Shown: positions 21,535 through 32,660, counted from the first letter of the stretch. The stretch is 64,000 nt of DNA from an uncultured Thalassospiraceae bacterium (GCA_965602455.1 CBFCYL010000006.1:1385-65384); one strand, 5' to 3'. Made by a program: numbers and translations. The notes: a model not told the origin generated them from the sequence alone.

Positions 21535-22413
21535 ATGATCCCTCATATTTGGCTGTTATTGTGCTTAACTCTATTCATAGCAGATTTGGAGGCGTTAGAG
21601 AAAGGGCAAGCCTTGGCAATCAAGAAGCCAGTTAGCAACGAAACCACGGACGACACCCTGCTCGGCGGGCGAGTCAGCCTCAGCCAGCCTTCCTCGGGCT
21701 ATCGGGCCGCCATTGACCCGGTGCTGCTGGCGGCATCCGTTCCGGCGAAGGCGGGAGAGTTGGTGCTGGACCTCGGCTGCGGCGTGGGCGCGGTCATGCT
21801 GTGCCTGAGCGCGCGCGTTGCCGGTTTGCGCGTAGATGGGCTGGAACTACAACTCCAATTAAGCGAACTGGCGGCGCACAATATTAAGGCCAACGGCCTT
21901 GAAGACCGCGTGCGGGTTTATTGCGGCAACCTGCTCGTGCCGCCGGTGGAACTTATCGAGGCAGGCGGCAGGGCCTATGACCACGTTATCGCCAACCCAC
22001 CTTACCAGACTCAATCCAGCGGCCACCCGCCGCCCGATCCATCCAAACGCACGGCGCACGTGGAAGGTGAAGCTGGCCTTGCGGCGTGGGTGCGGGAAGC
22101 CGGGCAATGCGTGCGCCGCAAAGGGCGGGTGACGTTCATCCACCATGCGGAGCGTTTATCCGAGCTGCTGGCGGCGCTGGAAACCCTGAAGGGCGAGCAG
22201 GCGGTTGGCGATATCACCATCGTGCCGCTGTTGGCGCATGCCGGCGAAGCGGCAAGCCGGGTTATTGTCAGCTGGCGCCGCGGCGTCAAAACGCCACTTA
22301 GGCTGTTGGCGGGAATTGTGCTGCATGAAGCGGACGGCGCCTACACGCCCGATGTGAAGGCGGCACTTGAAGGCGCGGCGCTGCGGGTTGACCACGGCCC
22401 CGTCGAGCCGTAA
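21535..22413 (+). CDS. SAM-dependent methyltransferase with NPPY motif (TrmN6/YfiC-like tRNA m6A methyltransferase family)
   Basis: LLGGRVSLSQPSSGYRAAIDPVLLAA, GxGxG (LDLGCGVGAV), NPPY. The start is uncertain because the ATG at 21535 abuts the ispB start. An in-frame TTG further in is possible. Confidence 0.65.
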   Translation: MIPHIWLLLCLTLFIADLEALEKGQALAIKKPVSNETTDDTLLGGRVSLSQPSSGYRAAIDPVLLAASVPAKAGELVLDLGCGVGAVMLCLSARVAGLRVDGLELQLQLSELAAHNIKANGLEDRVRVYCGNLLVPPVELIEAGGRAYDHVIANPPYQTQSSGHPPPDPSKRTAHVEGEAGLAAWVREAGQCVRRKGRVTFIHHAERLSELLAALETLKGEQAVGDITIVPLLAHAGEAASRVIVSWRRGVKTPLRLLAGIVLHEADGAYTPDVKAALEGAALRVDHGPVEP

Positions 22414-22422
22414 AAGAGGCTC

Positions 22423-22674
22423 ATGTTCGGTTTTTCCATCACCAAGCTGCTTTTCACCATCGTCGCCATTGTCGTCATCTGGCAGGGCTTCAAGTGGTTT
22501 GGTCGCATGCAGGAAAACCGCGAACTGGGCAGCCAGAATAAAAAGAAAAAGACCGAATCGGCCAACGCCGGGCACGATGGCGTTGAGGATATGGTGAAGT
22601 GTGCCACCTGCGATACTTTCGTTTCTCGCTCGACGCGCTCATGTGGTCGGGCTGATTGCCCCTATCCGGGCTGA
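22423..22674 (+). CDS. Small membrane protein with C-terminal Cys4 zinc-ribbon-like motif
   Basis: N-terminal TM helix ([15 protein letters not shown]), a Lys-rich linker, and [18 protein letters not shown]. Confidence 0.55.
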   Translation: MFGFSITKLLFTIVAIVVIWQGFKWFGRMQENRELGSQNKKKKTESANAGHDGVEDMVKCATCDTFVSRSTRSCGRADCPYPG

Positions 22675-22775
22675 GAAGCCGAACCGGCACTATTAACCCT
22701 TTCATTCCGCGCTGGGCGGGGCTACGTTTTCCGCAACGTAACGCCGTAACCCTTATGCCTCGGGGCCACCCCGCG

Positions 22776-23654
22776 ATGACCACCCAGCCCAATCCGGAAA
22801 CGTGTTTCCAGCGCCTGATTCTGAACCTTCAGGATTTTTGGGCCCGTAAAGGCTGCGTCATTTTACAGCCCCACGATCAGGAAGTGGGCGCCGGCACCTT
22901 CCACCCCGCGACCACGCTGCGCGCCCTTGGCCCTGAACCATGGAAGGCGGCCTATGTGCAGCCTTCACGCCGCCCCACCGATGGCCGCTACGGTGAAAAC
23001 CCCAACCGCCTGCAGCACTATTACCAGTTTCAGGCGATGATCAAACCGAGCCCCGACGACAGCCAGGAGCTTTACCTCGAAAGCCTGCGCGCGCTCGGCA
23101 TCGACACCACCAAGCACGACATCCGTTTTGTCGAGGACGACTGGGAAAGCCCAACGCTCGGCGCGTGGGGCCTCGGCTGGGAAGTGTGGTGCGATGGCAT
23201 GGAGGTTTCGCAGTTCACTTATTTTCAGCAAGTCGGCGGCATTGAGTGTGACCCGGTTTCGGTTGAGCTGACCTATGGGCTGGAGCGCCTCGCCATGTAT
23301 ATACAGGGCGTCGAAAACGTGTTTGATCTCGACTGGAACGGCGAAGGGGTGACCTATGGCGACATCTTCCTGCGCAACGAGCGCGAACAGTCGGCTTATA
23401 ACTTCGAGCACGCCAATACCGATATTCTGGTTCAGCATTTTGCCGACGCCGAGGCCGAATGCAGCGCGCTGCTGGCTTTGGAAAAGCCGCTGGCCTTGCC
23501 CGCTTACGAACAATGCATTCGCGCCAGCCATGCTTTTAATATGCTCGATGCCCGCGGCGTTATTTCCGTCACCGAACGACAGGCCTATATCGGGCGTGTG
23601 CGCGCCCTTTCCAAGGGTTGCTGCGAAGCGTGGCTCGCGGGCGGGGAAGGCTAA
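22776..23654 (+). CDS. glyQ: Glycine--tRNA ligase alpha subunit
   Basis: [35 protein letters not shown] and [24 protein letters not shown]. Internal ATG at 22776. Confidence 0.95.
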   Translation: MTTQPNPETCFQRLILNLQDFWARKGCVILQPHDQEVGAGTFHPATTLRALGPEPWKAAYVQPSRRPTDGRYGENPNRLQHYYQFQAMIKPSPDDSQELYLESLRALGIDTTKHDIRFVEDDWESPTLGAWGLGWEVWCDGMEVSQFTYFQQVGGIECDPVSVELTYGLERLAMYIQGVENVFDLDWNGEGVTYGDIFLRNEREQSAYNFEHANTDILVQHFADAEAECSALLALEKPLALPAYEQCIRASHAFNMLDARGVISVTERQAYIGRVRALSKGCCEAWLAGGEG

Positions 23655-23657
23655 ATC

Positions 23658-25745
23658 ATGCCCGAACTATTGGTTGAGTTGTTTTCCGAGGAAATCCCCG
23701 CGCGCATGCAGGCGAAGGCGGCCGAAGATCTCAAACGCCTTGTTTGTGACGGCCTGAAAGAAGCCGGGCTGGAATGGGAAAGGGTGGAAGCCTTTTCCGG
23801 GCCACGCCGGTTGACCCTGGTGGTTGACGGGCTTCCCGAAATGACGCCCGACAAGGAAGAAGAAAAGAAAGGCCCCGCCGTTGGCGCGCCAACGCAGGCC
23901 ATTGAAGGCTTTCTTAAATCTAACGGGCTTGATTCTGTGGATGCGTGCGTTGTGCGCGACGTAAAAGGCAAGCCCACTTTCTTTCTGGTGAACCGGGCCA
24001 AGGGCTTCAAGACGGCGCGCGCCCTTTCGACCATTCTCGAAAATGCCATCAACGCCTTGCCGTGGCCGAAGTCCATGCGCTGGAAAGACACCACTGTGCG
24101 CTGGGTGCGGCCGCTGCAAAACATTCTCGGCCTTTTCAATGGCGAGGAAATAGAGCTGGAATACGGCCTTATCAACGATGCGCAAACGGCTGCCGCGCCA
24201 ACGAAGGACAACACCATTTTTGCCAACAGCTACACCCACGGCCACCGCTTTTTGTCGCCGGAAGCCATTCACGTTTCCGATTTTGACGACTATCGCCAGA
24301 AACTAACGAACATCAACGTCATGCTGTGTGCGTCTGAACGGCGGGCCGAAATTCTGGATACCGCCAGGGCGCTGTGTGAAGTCGAGGAACTGGTGTTGCA
24401 GGAAGACGAAGGCCTGCTGGCCGAAGTCGCGGGCCTTGTGGAATGGCCGGTGGTGTTGATGGGCGACATCGACGCCCAGTTTATGGAACTGCCCGCCGAG
24501 GTGCTAAGCGCCACCATGAAGCTGCACCAGAAGTTTTTCTCCGTGCAGAACCAGGACGGCACGCCAGCGCCCAAGTTTATTGTTGTTTCCAACCAGCTGG
24601 CGCCCGATAGCGGTGTTGCCATCATCAAAGGAAACGAGCGCGTGTTGCGCGCAAGGCTTTCGGACGCGCAGTTCTTCTGGAACAAGGACCGCGCCGCTTC
24701 CCTTGGCTCACGCGCCCCGCAGTTAAAAGACATTATCTTTCATGCCAAGCTGGGCACCCTTGATGACAAGATCGACCGGGTGCAGGCGCTGGCCGCCGAG
24801 CTTTGCGATGTGATTCCCGGTGCCGACAAGGACGCGGCGCGTTCCGCCGCTCGCCTCGCCAAGTGCGACTTGGTCACCGGCATGGTCGGCGAACTGCCGG
24901 AATTGCAGGGCGTCATGGGGCGCTATTACGCGCTGGGCGATGGCGAAAAGCCGGAAGTGGCCGACGCCATTCGCGATCATTACTCACCCCTCGGGCCGGG
25001 CGATGCCTGCCCGACGGCACCGGTTTCGGTAGCCGTGGCGCTGGCCGACAAGATCGATACGCTTGCTGGGTTCTGGGTCATTGACAAAAAACCCACCGGG
25101 TCAAAAGACCCGTTTGCGCTTCGGCGCGCGGCGCTGGGTGTTATCCGGCTGATTGTTGAAAACGGGCTGCGGCTGAGCCTGTTGGCAGCCTTCAGGGCGG
25201 CGGGCGGTGAAAAGATTGCCGATGATCTGCTGACCTTCTTTGCCGACCGTTTAAAAGTCCACTTGAAAGGCGAGGGCGTACGCCACGACCTTATTGATGC
25301 CGTCATGGCCAAGGGCGACGAAGACGACCTGACGCGTCTGTTGGCCCGCGTTTCGGCACTGTCGGCATTTGTTGCCACCGATGACGGGAAAAACCTGCTG
25401 GCAGCGCACAAACGCGCGGCCAACATCCTGAAAATCGAGGAAAAGAAAGACAAGAAGTCTTATCGTGGAGACGTTGATGCGGCGTTGCTGGAACTGGATG
25501 AGGAAAAAACGCTGCTTGGCGCCCTTGCCGACACCAACAATAGCTGCTCGTCGCTTCTGGATGCGGAAAAGTTTGAAGATGCCATGGCCAACTTCGCCAA
25601 ACTGCGCGGCCCGGTGGACGCCTTCTTCGATAAGGTTACGGTCAACGCCGACGATGCCAAGGTGCGTGAAAACCGCCTTAAACTGTTATCGCAAATTCAG
25701 ACTGCCATGGACGCGGTCGCCGATTTTTCCAAAATTGAAGGTTGA
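23658..25745 (+). CDS. glyS: Glycine--tRNA ligase beta subunit
   Basis: MPELLVELFSEEIPARMQ N-terminus, 695 aa, immediately after glyQ. Confidence 0.95.
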   Translation: MPELLVELFSEEIPARMQAKAAEDLKRLVCDGLKEAGLEWERVEAFSGPRRLTLVVDGLPEMTPDKEEEKKGPAVGAPTQAIEGFLKSNGLDSVDACVVRDVKGKPTFFLVNRAKGFKTARALSTILENAINALPWPKSMRWKDTTVRWVRPLQNILGLFNGEEIELEYGLINDAQTAAAPTKDNTIFANSYTHGHRFLSPEAIHVSDFDDYRQKLTNINVMLCASERRAEILDTARALCEVEELVLQEDEGLLAEVAGLVEWPVVLMGDIDAQFMELPAEVLSATMKLHQKFFSVQNQDGTPAPKFIVVSNQLAPDSGVAIIKGNERVLRARLSDAQFFWNKDRAASLGSRAPQLKDIIFHAKLGTLDDKIDRVQALAAELCDVIPGADKDAARSAARLAKCDLVTGMVGELPELQGVMGRYYALGDGEKPEVADAIRDHYSPLGPGDACPTAPVSVAVALADKIDTLAGFWVIDKKPTGSKDPFALRRAALGVIRLIVENGLRLSLLAAFRAAGGEKIADDLLTFFADRLKVHLKGEGVRHDLIDAVMAKGDEDDLTRLLARVSALSAFVATDDGKNLLAAHKRAANILKIEEKKDKKSYRGDVDAALLELDEEKTLLGALADTNNSCSSLLDAEKFEDAMANFAKLRGPVDAFFDKVTVNADDAKVRENRLKLLSQIQTAMDAVADFSKIEG

Positions 25746-25757
25746 TGGATTAAAGCC

Positions 25758-28460
25758 ATGGCGAAAGCCAACGATAACAAAACCGGAATGATCTACGCCT
25801 TTGGCGGCGGCAAGGCCGATGGCGGTGCTGACATGAAGGAATTGCTGGGCGGCAAGGGCGCTAACCTTGCCGAGATGAGCGCGCTGGGCATTGCGGTACC
25901 GCCGGGCTTTACCATCACCACCGAGGTCTGCAACCAGTTCACCGCTAACAACGAGCAATACCCCGAAGGCCTTGAGGCACAAGTGGCGGCAGAAGTTGCC
26001 GTGTTGGAAAAACAGATGGGCGCCACCTTCAATGGCGGCAGCGATGACAGCGTGTTGCTGCTTTCGGTGCGTTCGGGCGGGCGGGCATCCATGCCCGGTA
26101 TGATGGACACCGTTCTCAATCTCGGCCTTAACAGTAAAACAGTGGCGGCTTTGGCGCGCGAAAGCGGCGATGAACGTTTTGCCTTTGACAGCTATCGCCG
26201 CTTTATCCAGATGTATGGCGATGTGGTGTTGGGCGTTGACCATTATTATTTTGAAGACCTTCTGGAAGCTCATAAAAGCGAACACGGTTTTCGCCTCGAT
26301 ACCGACCTGGCGGCCTCTGACTGGAAAACGCTCGTTCCTAAATATCTTGCGCTGGTGGAACGCGAAACCGGGGCTGCCTTCCCGCAAGACCCCATGGCGC
26401 AACTGTGGGGCGCCATTAGCGCGGTGTTTAAAAGCTGGATGAACCAGCGCGCAAAAACCTACCGCCGCCTGCATAACATTCCGGAAAGCTGGGGCACGGC
26501 GGTAAACGTTCAGGCCATGGTGTTTGGCAACATGGGCGAGACATCCGCTACCGGGGTTTGTTTTACGCGCAACCCTTCTACCGGCGAGGCGCTTTACTAT
26601 GGCGAGTTCCTTGTCAACGCCCAGGGCGAGGATGTGGTCGCTGGCATTCGCACGCCGCAGCCGTTGACCAATGCCGAGAAGCTATCCACCGGAACCGCGC
26701 TTCAGTCGCTCGAGGAAGTCATGCCGGTGCTGTATGGCGAACTGGATGAGGTTCGCAAAATACTGGAAAACCACTACCGCGACATGCAGGACATGGAGTT
26801 CACCATCCAGCAGGGTAAACTGTGGATTTTGCAAACGCGAACCGGCAAGCGCACCGCCAAGGCGGCGTTGAAAATCGCCATCGATATGAAGGAAGAGGGG
26901 CTGATCGACCAGACCGAGGCCATCCGCAGGGCTGATCCGCACCAGCTTGACCAGTTGTTGCACCCGACGCTGGACCCGGCGGCGCCGCGCGACATTATTG
27001 GCCACGGCCTGCCGGCTTCGCCCGGTGCGGCATCGGGAAGGCTGGTGTTTACCGCCGAAGACGCCGAAGCCTGGGCGGCGCGCGGCGAGGCGGTCATCCT
27101 GACGCGGGTTGAAACCTCGCCCGAGGACATTGGTGGTATGCACGTTGCCGAAGGTGTACTGACGACACGCGGTGGCATGACCAGCCACGCCGCCGTGGTA
27201 GCGCGCGGCATGGGCAAGCCGTGTGTGTCGGGCGCGGGCGATATTCGTGTTGATGTTAAAAAGAAAAAGCTGATCGCACCGGGCGTAAAATTAAGGGAAG
27301 GCGACACGATAACGCTGGATGGCACCACCGGGCAGATCCTCAAGGGCAGGGTGGCCACCGTCGAGCCGGAACTTTCCGGAGATTTTGCCAAACTGATGAG
27401 CTGGGCTGATGAAACCCGCACCATGGGCGTTCGCGCCAACGCAGAAACGCCTGCCGATGCTCAGGTGGCGCGCAATTTTGGCGCCGAGGGTATCGGCCTG
27501 TGCCGCACCGAACATATGTTTTTCGACCCCGCGCGCATCAACATCGTGCGCGAGATGATACTGGCAGACGATGAAGGCGCACGCCGGGTGGCGCTGGATA
27601 AACTGTTGCCGTTCCAACGCACCGATTTCGAGGAACTGTTCCGCGTCATGCAAGGTCTGCCGGTGACCATACGCCTGCTCGACCCGCCGTTGCATGAGTT
27701 TCTTCCCCACAACAAGGTGGAAGCCAAGGTTGTTGCCAAGGCGTTGGGTGTTAGCGTCGATCAGGTGCTTGCGCGGGCCACCGAACTGCATGAATTTAAC
27801 CCCATGCTCGGGCACCGTGGGTGCCGGTTGGGAATTACCTACCCGGAAATCTATGAAATGCAGGTGCGCGCCATTTTCGAAGCCGCGGCGGCGCTTAAAG
27901 CAGACGGGCTTTCGGTAAAGCCAGAGGTTATGGTCCCCCTGATTGCGGGGGCCGAGGAACTGGCCGCTTTAAAACCGGTCATCGATGCTACGGCGGCGCG
28001 GGTCATGAAGGAAAAGGGTGTTGATATTGAATACACCCTTGGCACCATGATCGAGTTGCCGCGCGCTGCGTTGATGGCTGGCGAGATTGCCAAGGAGGCG
28101 GCCTTCTTCAGCTTCGGCACCAACGATCTGACCCAAACCACCTATGGTTTGTCGCGTGACGATTCGGGCAAGTTTTTGCAGACCTACCAGCAAAAAGGGA
28201 TTGTAAAGGCCGACCCGTTCGTAACCATCGACGTTGCCGGCGTGGGTGAGTTGGTCAAGGTTGGAATTGAGCGTGGCCGCGCCACACGGAAGGATTTGCA
28301 CGTTGGGATATGCGGTGAACACGGCGGCGATCCGGCGAGCATTTGCTTCTGTAATGAGATCGGTGTCGACTACGTTTCGTGTTCGCCTTACCGTGTTCCC
28401 ATTGCCCGGCTGGCGGCGGCACAGGCCGCGTTGGGCGTGAAGGCGAAAACAAATCGTTAA
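25758..28460 (+). CDS. ppdK: Pyruvate, phosphate dikinase
   Basis: 900 aa. LLGGKGANLAEM, phosphohistidine region GGMTSHAAVVARGMGKPCV, and C-terminal PEP-utilising domain (GICGEHGGDP). Confidence 0.95.
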   Translation: MAKANDNKTGMIYAFGGGKADGGADMKELLGGKGANLAEMSALGIAVPPGFTITTEVCNQFTANNEQYPEGLEAQVAAEVAVLEKQMGATFNGGSDDSVLLLSVRSGGRASMPGMMDTVLNLGLNSKTVAALARESGDERFAFDSYRRFIQMYGDVVLGVDHYYFEDLLEAHKSEHGFRLDTDLAASDWKTLVPKYLALVERETGAAFPQDPMAQLWGAISAVFKSWMNQRAKTYRRLHNIPESWGTAVNVQAMVFGNMGETSATGVCFTRNPSTGEALYYGEFLVNAQGEDVVAGIRTPQPLTNAEKLSTGTALQSLEEVMPVLYGELDEVRKILENHYRDMQDMEFTIQQGKLWILQTRTGKRTAKAALKIAIDMKEEGLIDQTEAIRRADPHQLDQLLHPTLDPAAPRDIIGHGLPASPGAASGRLVFTAEDAEAWAARGEAVILTRVETSPEDIGGMHVAEGVLTTRGGMTSHAAVVARGMGKPCVSGAGDIRVDVKKKKLIAPGVKLREGDTITLDGTTGQILKGRVATVEPELSGDFAKLMSWADETRTMGVRANAETPADAQVARNFGAEGIGLCRTEHMFFDPARINIVREMILADDEGARRVALDKLLPFQRTDFEELFRVMQGLPVTIRLLDPPLHEFLPHNKVEAKVVAKALGVSVDQVLARATELHEFNPMLGHRGCRLGITYPEIYEMQVRAIFEAAAALKADGLSVKPEVMVPLIAGAEELAALKPVIDATAARVMKEKGVDIEYTLGTMIELPRAALMAGEIAKEAAFFSFGTNDLTQTTYGLSRDDSGKFLQTYQQKGIVKADPFVTIDVAGVGELVKVGIERGRATRKDLHVGICGEHGGDPASICFCNEIGVDYVSCSPYRVPIARLAAAQAALGVKAKTNR

Positions 28461-28485
28461 TCAATAAACGGTAATATCTGGCTCT

Positions 28486-29001
28486 ATGAATACCAAACCG
28501 CTTCAAGTTTTATTCCTGTGTACGGGAAATTCGGCGCGCTCCATTATGGCGGAGGCGCTGTTGAACCATTACGCCGAAGGCCGCTTCAGGGCCTATAGCG
28601 CCGGTTCCCACCCGACAGGAAAGGTAAATCCGTTTGTGCTGGAGACCCTTTCCGGTGTCGGCATCAACACCGAAGGGCTCAGCTCCAAAAGCTGGAACGA
28701 ATTTGCCACGGCGTATGCACCCGGTCTCGATATCGTCATCACCGTGTGCGACAACGCCGCGGGCGAAACCTGCCCCATCTGGTATTCAGCACCGGTGAAG
28801 GTGCATTGGGGTTTCCCGGACCCGGCGGCGGCCGTCGGCCCGGATGTGGCCAAGTTGGCGGCGACGCGTCTGGTCTTTGGCGATATCCAGCGCCATATCC
28901 ATTCCATGGTAGGGCTTGCGCTGAGCGGCCTTCCTCCCGCCCGTATCAGGGCGGCATTGGAAGGCATTGCGCCCGCCACCAAACTCAGGTCCAGCGCCTG
29001 A
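28486..29001 (+). CDS. arsC: Arsenate reductase / LMW protein-tyrosine-phosphatase family (thioredoxin-coupled ArsC type)
   Basis: P-loop LCTGNSARS plus downstream Cys residues (VCDNAAGETCP). No arsR, arsB or acr3 is adjacent. Confidence 0.8.
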   Translation: MNTKPLQVLFLCTGNSARSIMAEALLNHYAEGRFRAYSAGSHPTGKVNPFVLETLSGVGINTEGLSSKSWNEFATAYAPGLDIVITVCDNAAGETCPIWYSAPVKVHWGFPDPAAAVGPDVAKLAATRLVFGDIQRHIHSMVGLALSGLPPARIRAALEGIAPATKLRSSA

Positions 29002-29016
29002 GCCTTCATTAATTGT

Positions 29017-29670
29017 TTAGGGTTTGGGGCGGCGCATGAAAAGCGTCCACTCATCAAGCGGATAGTCTTCCACAACCTCGACATCAGGCGTCAGGGTTTT
29101 GGCGAACGCTACAAAATCATCAAGGTCAGCATAAAACAGATCCGGAAGTTTTTCGGCCTGCTCGGCATCCAGCATGTTGAACGCCAGCCCCTTGCGGGTG
29201 TTTTGCCAAAGCAGGCGCACACTGGCGCGGATATAGTTACTCCATAATGCTTCATCTGCGTTCAGGCTCATGTTGAAGGTGCCGGAAGCAAAGGTGTAGT
29301 CGGCGGTTTCGGTCGCCATGGGGGCGTGCAGGAAAATAGCGCGGGAATCGTTTGCGTGTTGGCGTGCCGCCTTCACCATATCGGGCGATACGTCGTAGCC
29401 CCAATAGGCGCTGCCGTTCATCAAGGGCTCGTTCCTGATCATATCGAACAAGGCGCCATAGCCACAGCCGAGATCGTTGATGCTGGTTCCGCCGGCAAGG
29501 TCTTCGGGTTCGATAATCCTCAGCAGAACTTCATGGCGCAGCGCCTGGCCTTCTTCGTTTTTCCAGTACACGCCGTTGGCGCTGGGCCCGCAGTCGTTCA
29601 GGCGGCCGTCATAAACGTGCGATATCAACTTTATCAACTGGCCGATTTCATTCGGTGGCTTTAACGCCAT
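29017..29670 (-). CDS. Class I SAM-dependent methyltransferase (unknown substrate)
   Basis: Motif I INDLGCGYG. Internal ATG at 29670 chosen. Confidence 0.65.
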   Translation of the reverse strand: MALKPPNEIGQLIKLISHVYDGRLNDCGPSANGVYWKNEEGQALRHEVLLRIIEPEDLAGGTSINDLGCGYGALFDMIRNEPLMNGSAYWGYDVSPDMVKAARQHANDSRAIFLHAPMATETADYTFASGTFNMSLNADEALWSNYIRASVRLLWQNTRKGLAFNMLDAEQAEKLPDLFYADLDDFVAFAKTLTPDVEVVEDYPLDEWTLFMRRPKP

Positions 29671-29711
29671 CTTATTGCCCTTCAGAACGCTAAGCAGGTC
29701 ATCGATTGGTT

Positions 29712-30638
29712 TCAGGCACCGGTGGCGGCATCCTCGGTGGGCAGTTCCACCCATTCCGGCACCCGGGGGCGAAGGCTTGCGTCGCCAGCGTTAAAGGGCG
29801 CGAGGCCAAGGTGTTCAAGGCGCAACAGGGCCAGGCCGACATTGCCTGCGCTGGTGCGCATCTCGCCGATGGCGCGTTCACCAGCCATGATGGGAGTGCC
29901 CGCTTCGGGCGCCGGGCCGTCTATGGTTACGGGCAACAGGCGCTTCTTGACCAGGCCGCGATAGCGGGTGCGCGCGGTGACTTCCTGGCCGATGTAACAA
30001 CCCTTTTCAAAGGAAACACCATCGAGCTCATTAAAACCGTTTTCCAGCAGCAATGCCCTGTCCACCTGCATGTCGCGGCTGGCATCGGGCAGGCCCAGTG
30101 AAATGCGGAGATGTTCGTAAGCATCCAGCGTCGCGCTTTCAAAGGCGTCGCCAAACAGTTGTTCGGTATTCGCAGGCGAGCCAACAACGCGAACCCCGGC
30201 ACCAGCCAGACGCGGGTCAACAAACGCAACCCCGCCTTTTGTGGCAACGGCACTTCCGCGTTCCGCACCTAACCCCAGTTTCGCAGTTGCACCTTCCCCC
30301 CAGGCGGCAAAAACGCTCAACGCGTCGCTGGCATCCGTAATGGTGACATCGGCGCGCAGCTTATACATATTCAGGCGCTTCAGCAGCTCACCCAGGCGAG
30401 CGCCTTCGCAATCGAGCACAAGGTCATCGCCCATCTGGCCAATGAAAAAATCAAAAAGGTATTTTCCCTGCGGCGTCAGGAATGCAGCCCATATGGCATG
30501 GTCTGGTCGGACGCGTTCTACATCGCCGGAGACCATGCCCTGCAGCATGGTTTTACTATCCGGTCCGCTAAGGCGCAGAACGCCGCGTGCCTCAAGCGGA
30601 CAAAAGAACGGCTTTGACGATGAGGTCGTGTCCGGCAT
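29712..30638 (-). CDS. ygfZ: Folate-binding Fe-S cluster repair / tRNA-modification protein YgfZ (GcvT-like)
   Basis: GcvT-like fold length and the signature KGCYIGQEVTAR. Confidence 0.8.
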   Translation of the reverse strand: MPDTTSSSKPFFCPLEARGVLRLSGPDSKTMLQGMVSGDVERVRPDHAIWAAFLTPQGKYLFDFFIGQMGDDLVLDCEGARLGELLKRLNMYKLRADVTITDASDALSVFAAWGEGATAKLGLGAERGSAVATKGGVAFVDPRLAGAGVRVVGSPANTEQLFGDAFESATLDAYEHLRISLGLPDASRDMQVDRALLLENGFNELDGVSFEKGCYIGQEVTARTRYRGLVKKRLLPVTIDGPAPEAGTPIMAGERAIGEMRTSAGNVGLALLRLEHLGLAPFNAGDASLRPRVPEWVELPTEDAATGA

Positions 30639-30891
30639 TGGGTGCGGGCTCCTGCACAGGGTTATGGGCTATGGGCTATGAAACGCTATGGAATAGAAGG
30701 TGGGGTATATCATTGCCCTTGGCAAGGGGCCAGCGGCTACCCATCGCCCCGTCGGCCATGGCATAAATAGGGCGTAAATGGGCGATTTTGCTGGGTAATT
30801 TGCCTAGCGGCCCGTATAAAGTCGGGCAGGGATCGGGTGTGGGCACAGACCACAGAGCACACCTGTTTAAGCGTATGGGCCGGGATTTAGA

Positions 30892-31884
30892 ATGCGTATT
30901 TTGTTTATCACATCGAACCGGGTTGGCGATGCGGTGCTGTCGACGGGCCTGTTGGCGCACTTGCTGGAAGAAAACCCGGGTGCGCGCGTGACCGTGGTGT
31001 GCGGCCCGGCTGCCGCCGGGTTGTTCAACGGTGTGCCGGGGCTGGAGCAGGTCATCACCCTTGAAAAGAAAGCGTTGTCGGCCCACTGGCTGGAAATGTG
31101 GATTAAGGCCGTGTGGCGGTTCTGGGGCATGGTGATTGACCTGCGCAACGCGCCGTTAAGCGCCGCCCTTTTTTCACGCCGGACGTTTCACCTCGGCCGT
31201 GCCGCCAAGCGAGACCGCCACCGGGTGCTGGCGCTGGCCTCGGTGCTGGGTCTGGAGGATAATCCACCATCGCCCAAATTGTGGCCACGCCCCGAAGACG
31301 ATGCACAGGCGAAAGCGCTGCTGCCCGAAGGTGCCCCGGTGCTGGCGGTGGGGCCAAGCGCCAACTGGGCGGGAAAGATATGGCCATCCGGGCGTTTTGC
31401 CGAACTGATCAGTCGCCTGACGGCCCCCGGCGCCATGATGGCAGGTGCGCGCGTGGCGGTGGCGGCGCACGAAAGCGAACGCCATTTGGCCGAGCCTTTA
31501 TTAAAGGCGCTGGGTGATCTGCCACACGACACGACAACCATTGACCTGATCGGCACCCATTCTCTGGCGTGTCTTTATGCCTGTTTCAAGCGGGCGGCCT
31601 TTTATGTCGGCAATGATTCCGGCCTGATGCACGTGGCCGCCGCCAGTGGCGTGCCGACCCTTGGCCTGTTCGGTCCATCGAATGAAGATCATTACAGCCC
31701 GTGGGGGCCAAATGGCCGTGCCGTGCGCTCGGTCGAGCCGTGTGCCGGCATATTCCCCGAGGGCTATGATTTCACCGTCAGCCCGACCTTAATGGGGGGC
31801 TTAAGCGTGGATATGGCCGAACAGGGGGCTCTCGCGCTATGGTCGGATATCGCATCCTCTCGCAAAGGGCCGCAGACCTCATGA
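30892..31884 (+). CDS. Glycosyltransferase family 9 (LPS heptosyltransferase-like)
   Basis: MRILFITSNRVGDAVL N-terminus, WP..RF, and C-terminal GNDSGLMHVAAA. Confidence 0.8.
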   Translation: MRILFITSNRVGDAVLSTGLLAHLLEENPGARVTVVCGPAAAGLFNGVPGLEQVITLEKKALSAHWLEMWIKAVWRFWGMVIDLRNAPLSAALFSRRTFHLGRAAKRDRHRVLALASVLGLEDNPPSPKLWPRPEDDAQAKALLPEGAPVLAVGPSANWAGKIWPSGRFAELISRLTAPGAMMAGARVAVAAHESERHLAEPLLKALGDLPHDTTTIDLIGTHSLACLYACFKRAAFYVGNDSGLMHVAAASGVPTLGLFGPSNEDHYSPWGPNGRAVRSVEPCAGIFPEGYDFTVSPTLMGGLSVDMAEQGALALWSDIASSRKGPQTS

Positions 31885-32660
31885 ACGCCGTCACAAAAAC
31901 CATTCACCCAAAGCTGTCGGCCCTGGTTGTCGCCCACAATGAGGAAGCACAGCTTCGCGACTGTCTGGAAACCCTGAAATTCGCCGATGAAATTGTCGTC
32001 GTGCTGGACAAATGCACCGATGGTTCGCGCGATATTGCGGCGGACTTTACCGATAACCTGATCGAAGGCAGTTGGGACATCGAAGGCCCGAGGCGTCACG
32101 CCGGTATCGAAGTTTGTTTTGGCGACTGGATTTTGGAAGTCGATGCCGACGAACGCGTGTCGGAAGACCTGGCGAAGGAAATTCGTAATGTTATTCACGA
32201 TGCACCCTTCGGGCATTTCCTGATTCCGTTTGATAACTACATCGGTGATCGGCTGGTGCGTTATGGTTGGGGGGCGTCGTGGGGTGTCAGCGCCACGGTT
32301 CGTCTGTTTGCACGCGGTGCCAAGTTCTGGGGCAACCAGCGCCTGCACCCCAAGGTGCGGCTCAAGGGCGAGGCCATGAAACTGGAAGGCCGCATGATCC
32401 ATTATGTGGACAAGGATATTTCCGACATGATCCACCGTCTTGACCGCTATACCACGGTGCGGGCACAAGACCTTCGCGACAGCGGCGACATTGGTTCGCT
32501 GGCCAACAACCTGCGGCGTTTGTTTTCGCGGTTTTTCAAATGCTATATCGGGCGCAAAGGTTACCGCGAAGGGGGGTGGGGGTTCCTGATTGCGTTAATG
32601 GCGGGGCTTTTCCCGTTGCTTTCGTACCTTAAGGCACGGCTAGAAGGAACCCGCGACTGA
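31881..32660 (+). CDS. Glycosyltransferase family 2
   Basis: LSALVVAHNEE..L..CL..L.FADEIVVVLDKCTDGS and EVDADE. ATGA overlap with the upstream gene. Confidence 0.8.
   Translation: MNAVTKTIHPKLSALVVAHNEEAQLRDCLETLKFADEIVVVLDKCTDGSRDIAADFTDNLIEGSWDIEGPRRHAGIEVCFGDWILEVDADERVSEDLAKEIRNVIHDAPFGHFLIPFDNYIGDRLVRYGWGASWGVSATVRLFARGAKFWGNQRLHPKVRLKGEAMKLEGRMIHYVDKDISDMIHRLDRYTTVRAQDLRDSGDIGSLANNLRRLFSRFFKCYIGRKGYREGGWGFLIALMAGLFPLLSYLKARLEGTRD

Noticed and set aside
30663-30680. Mini tandem repeat TATGGGC-TATGGGC-TATG upstream of ygfZ.
   Set aside because: It has only about 2.5 copies of a 7-mer in an intergenic region, with no further structure or partner motif.
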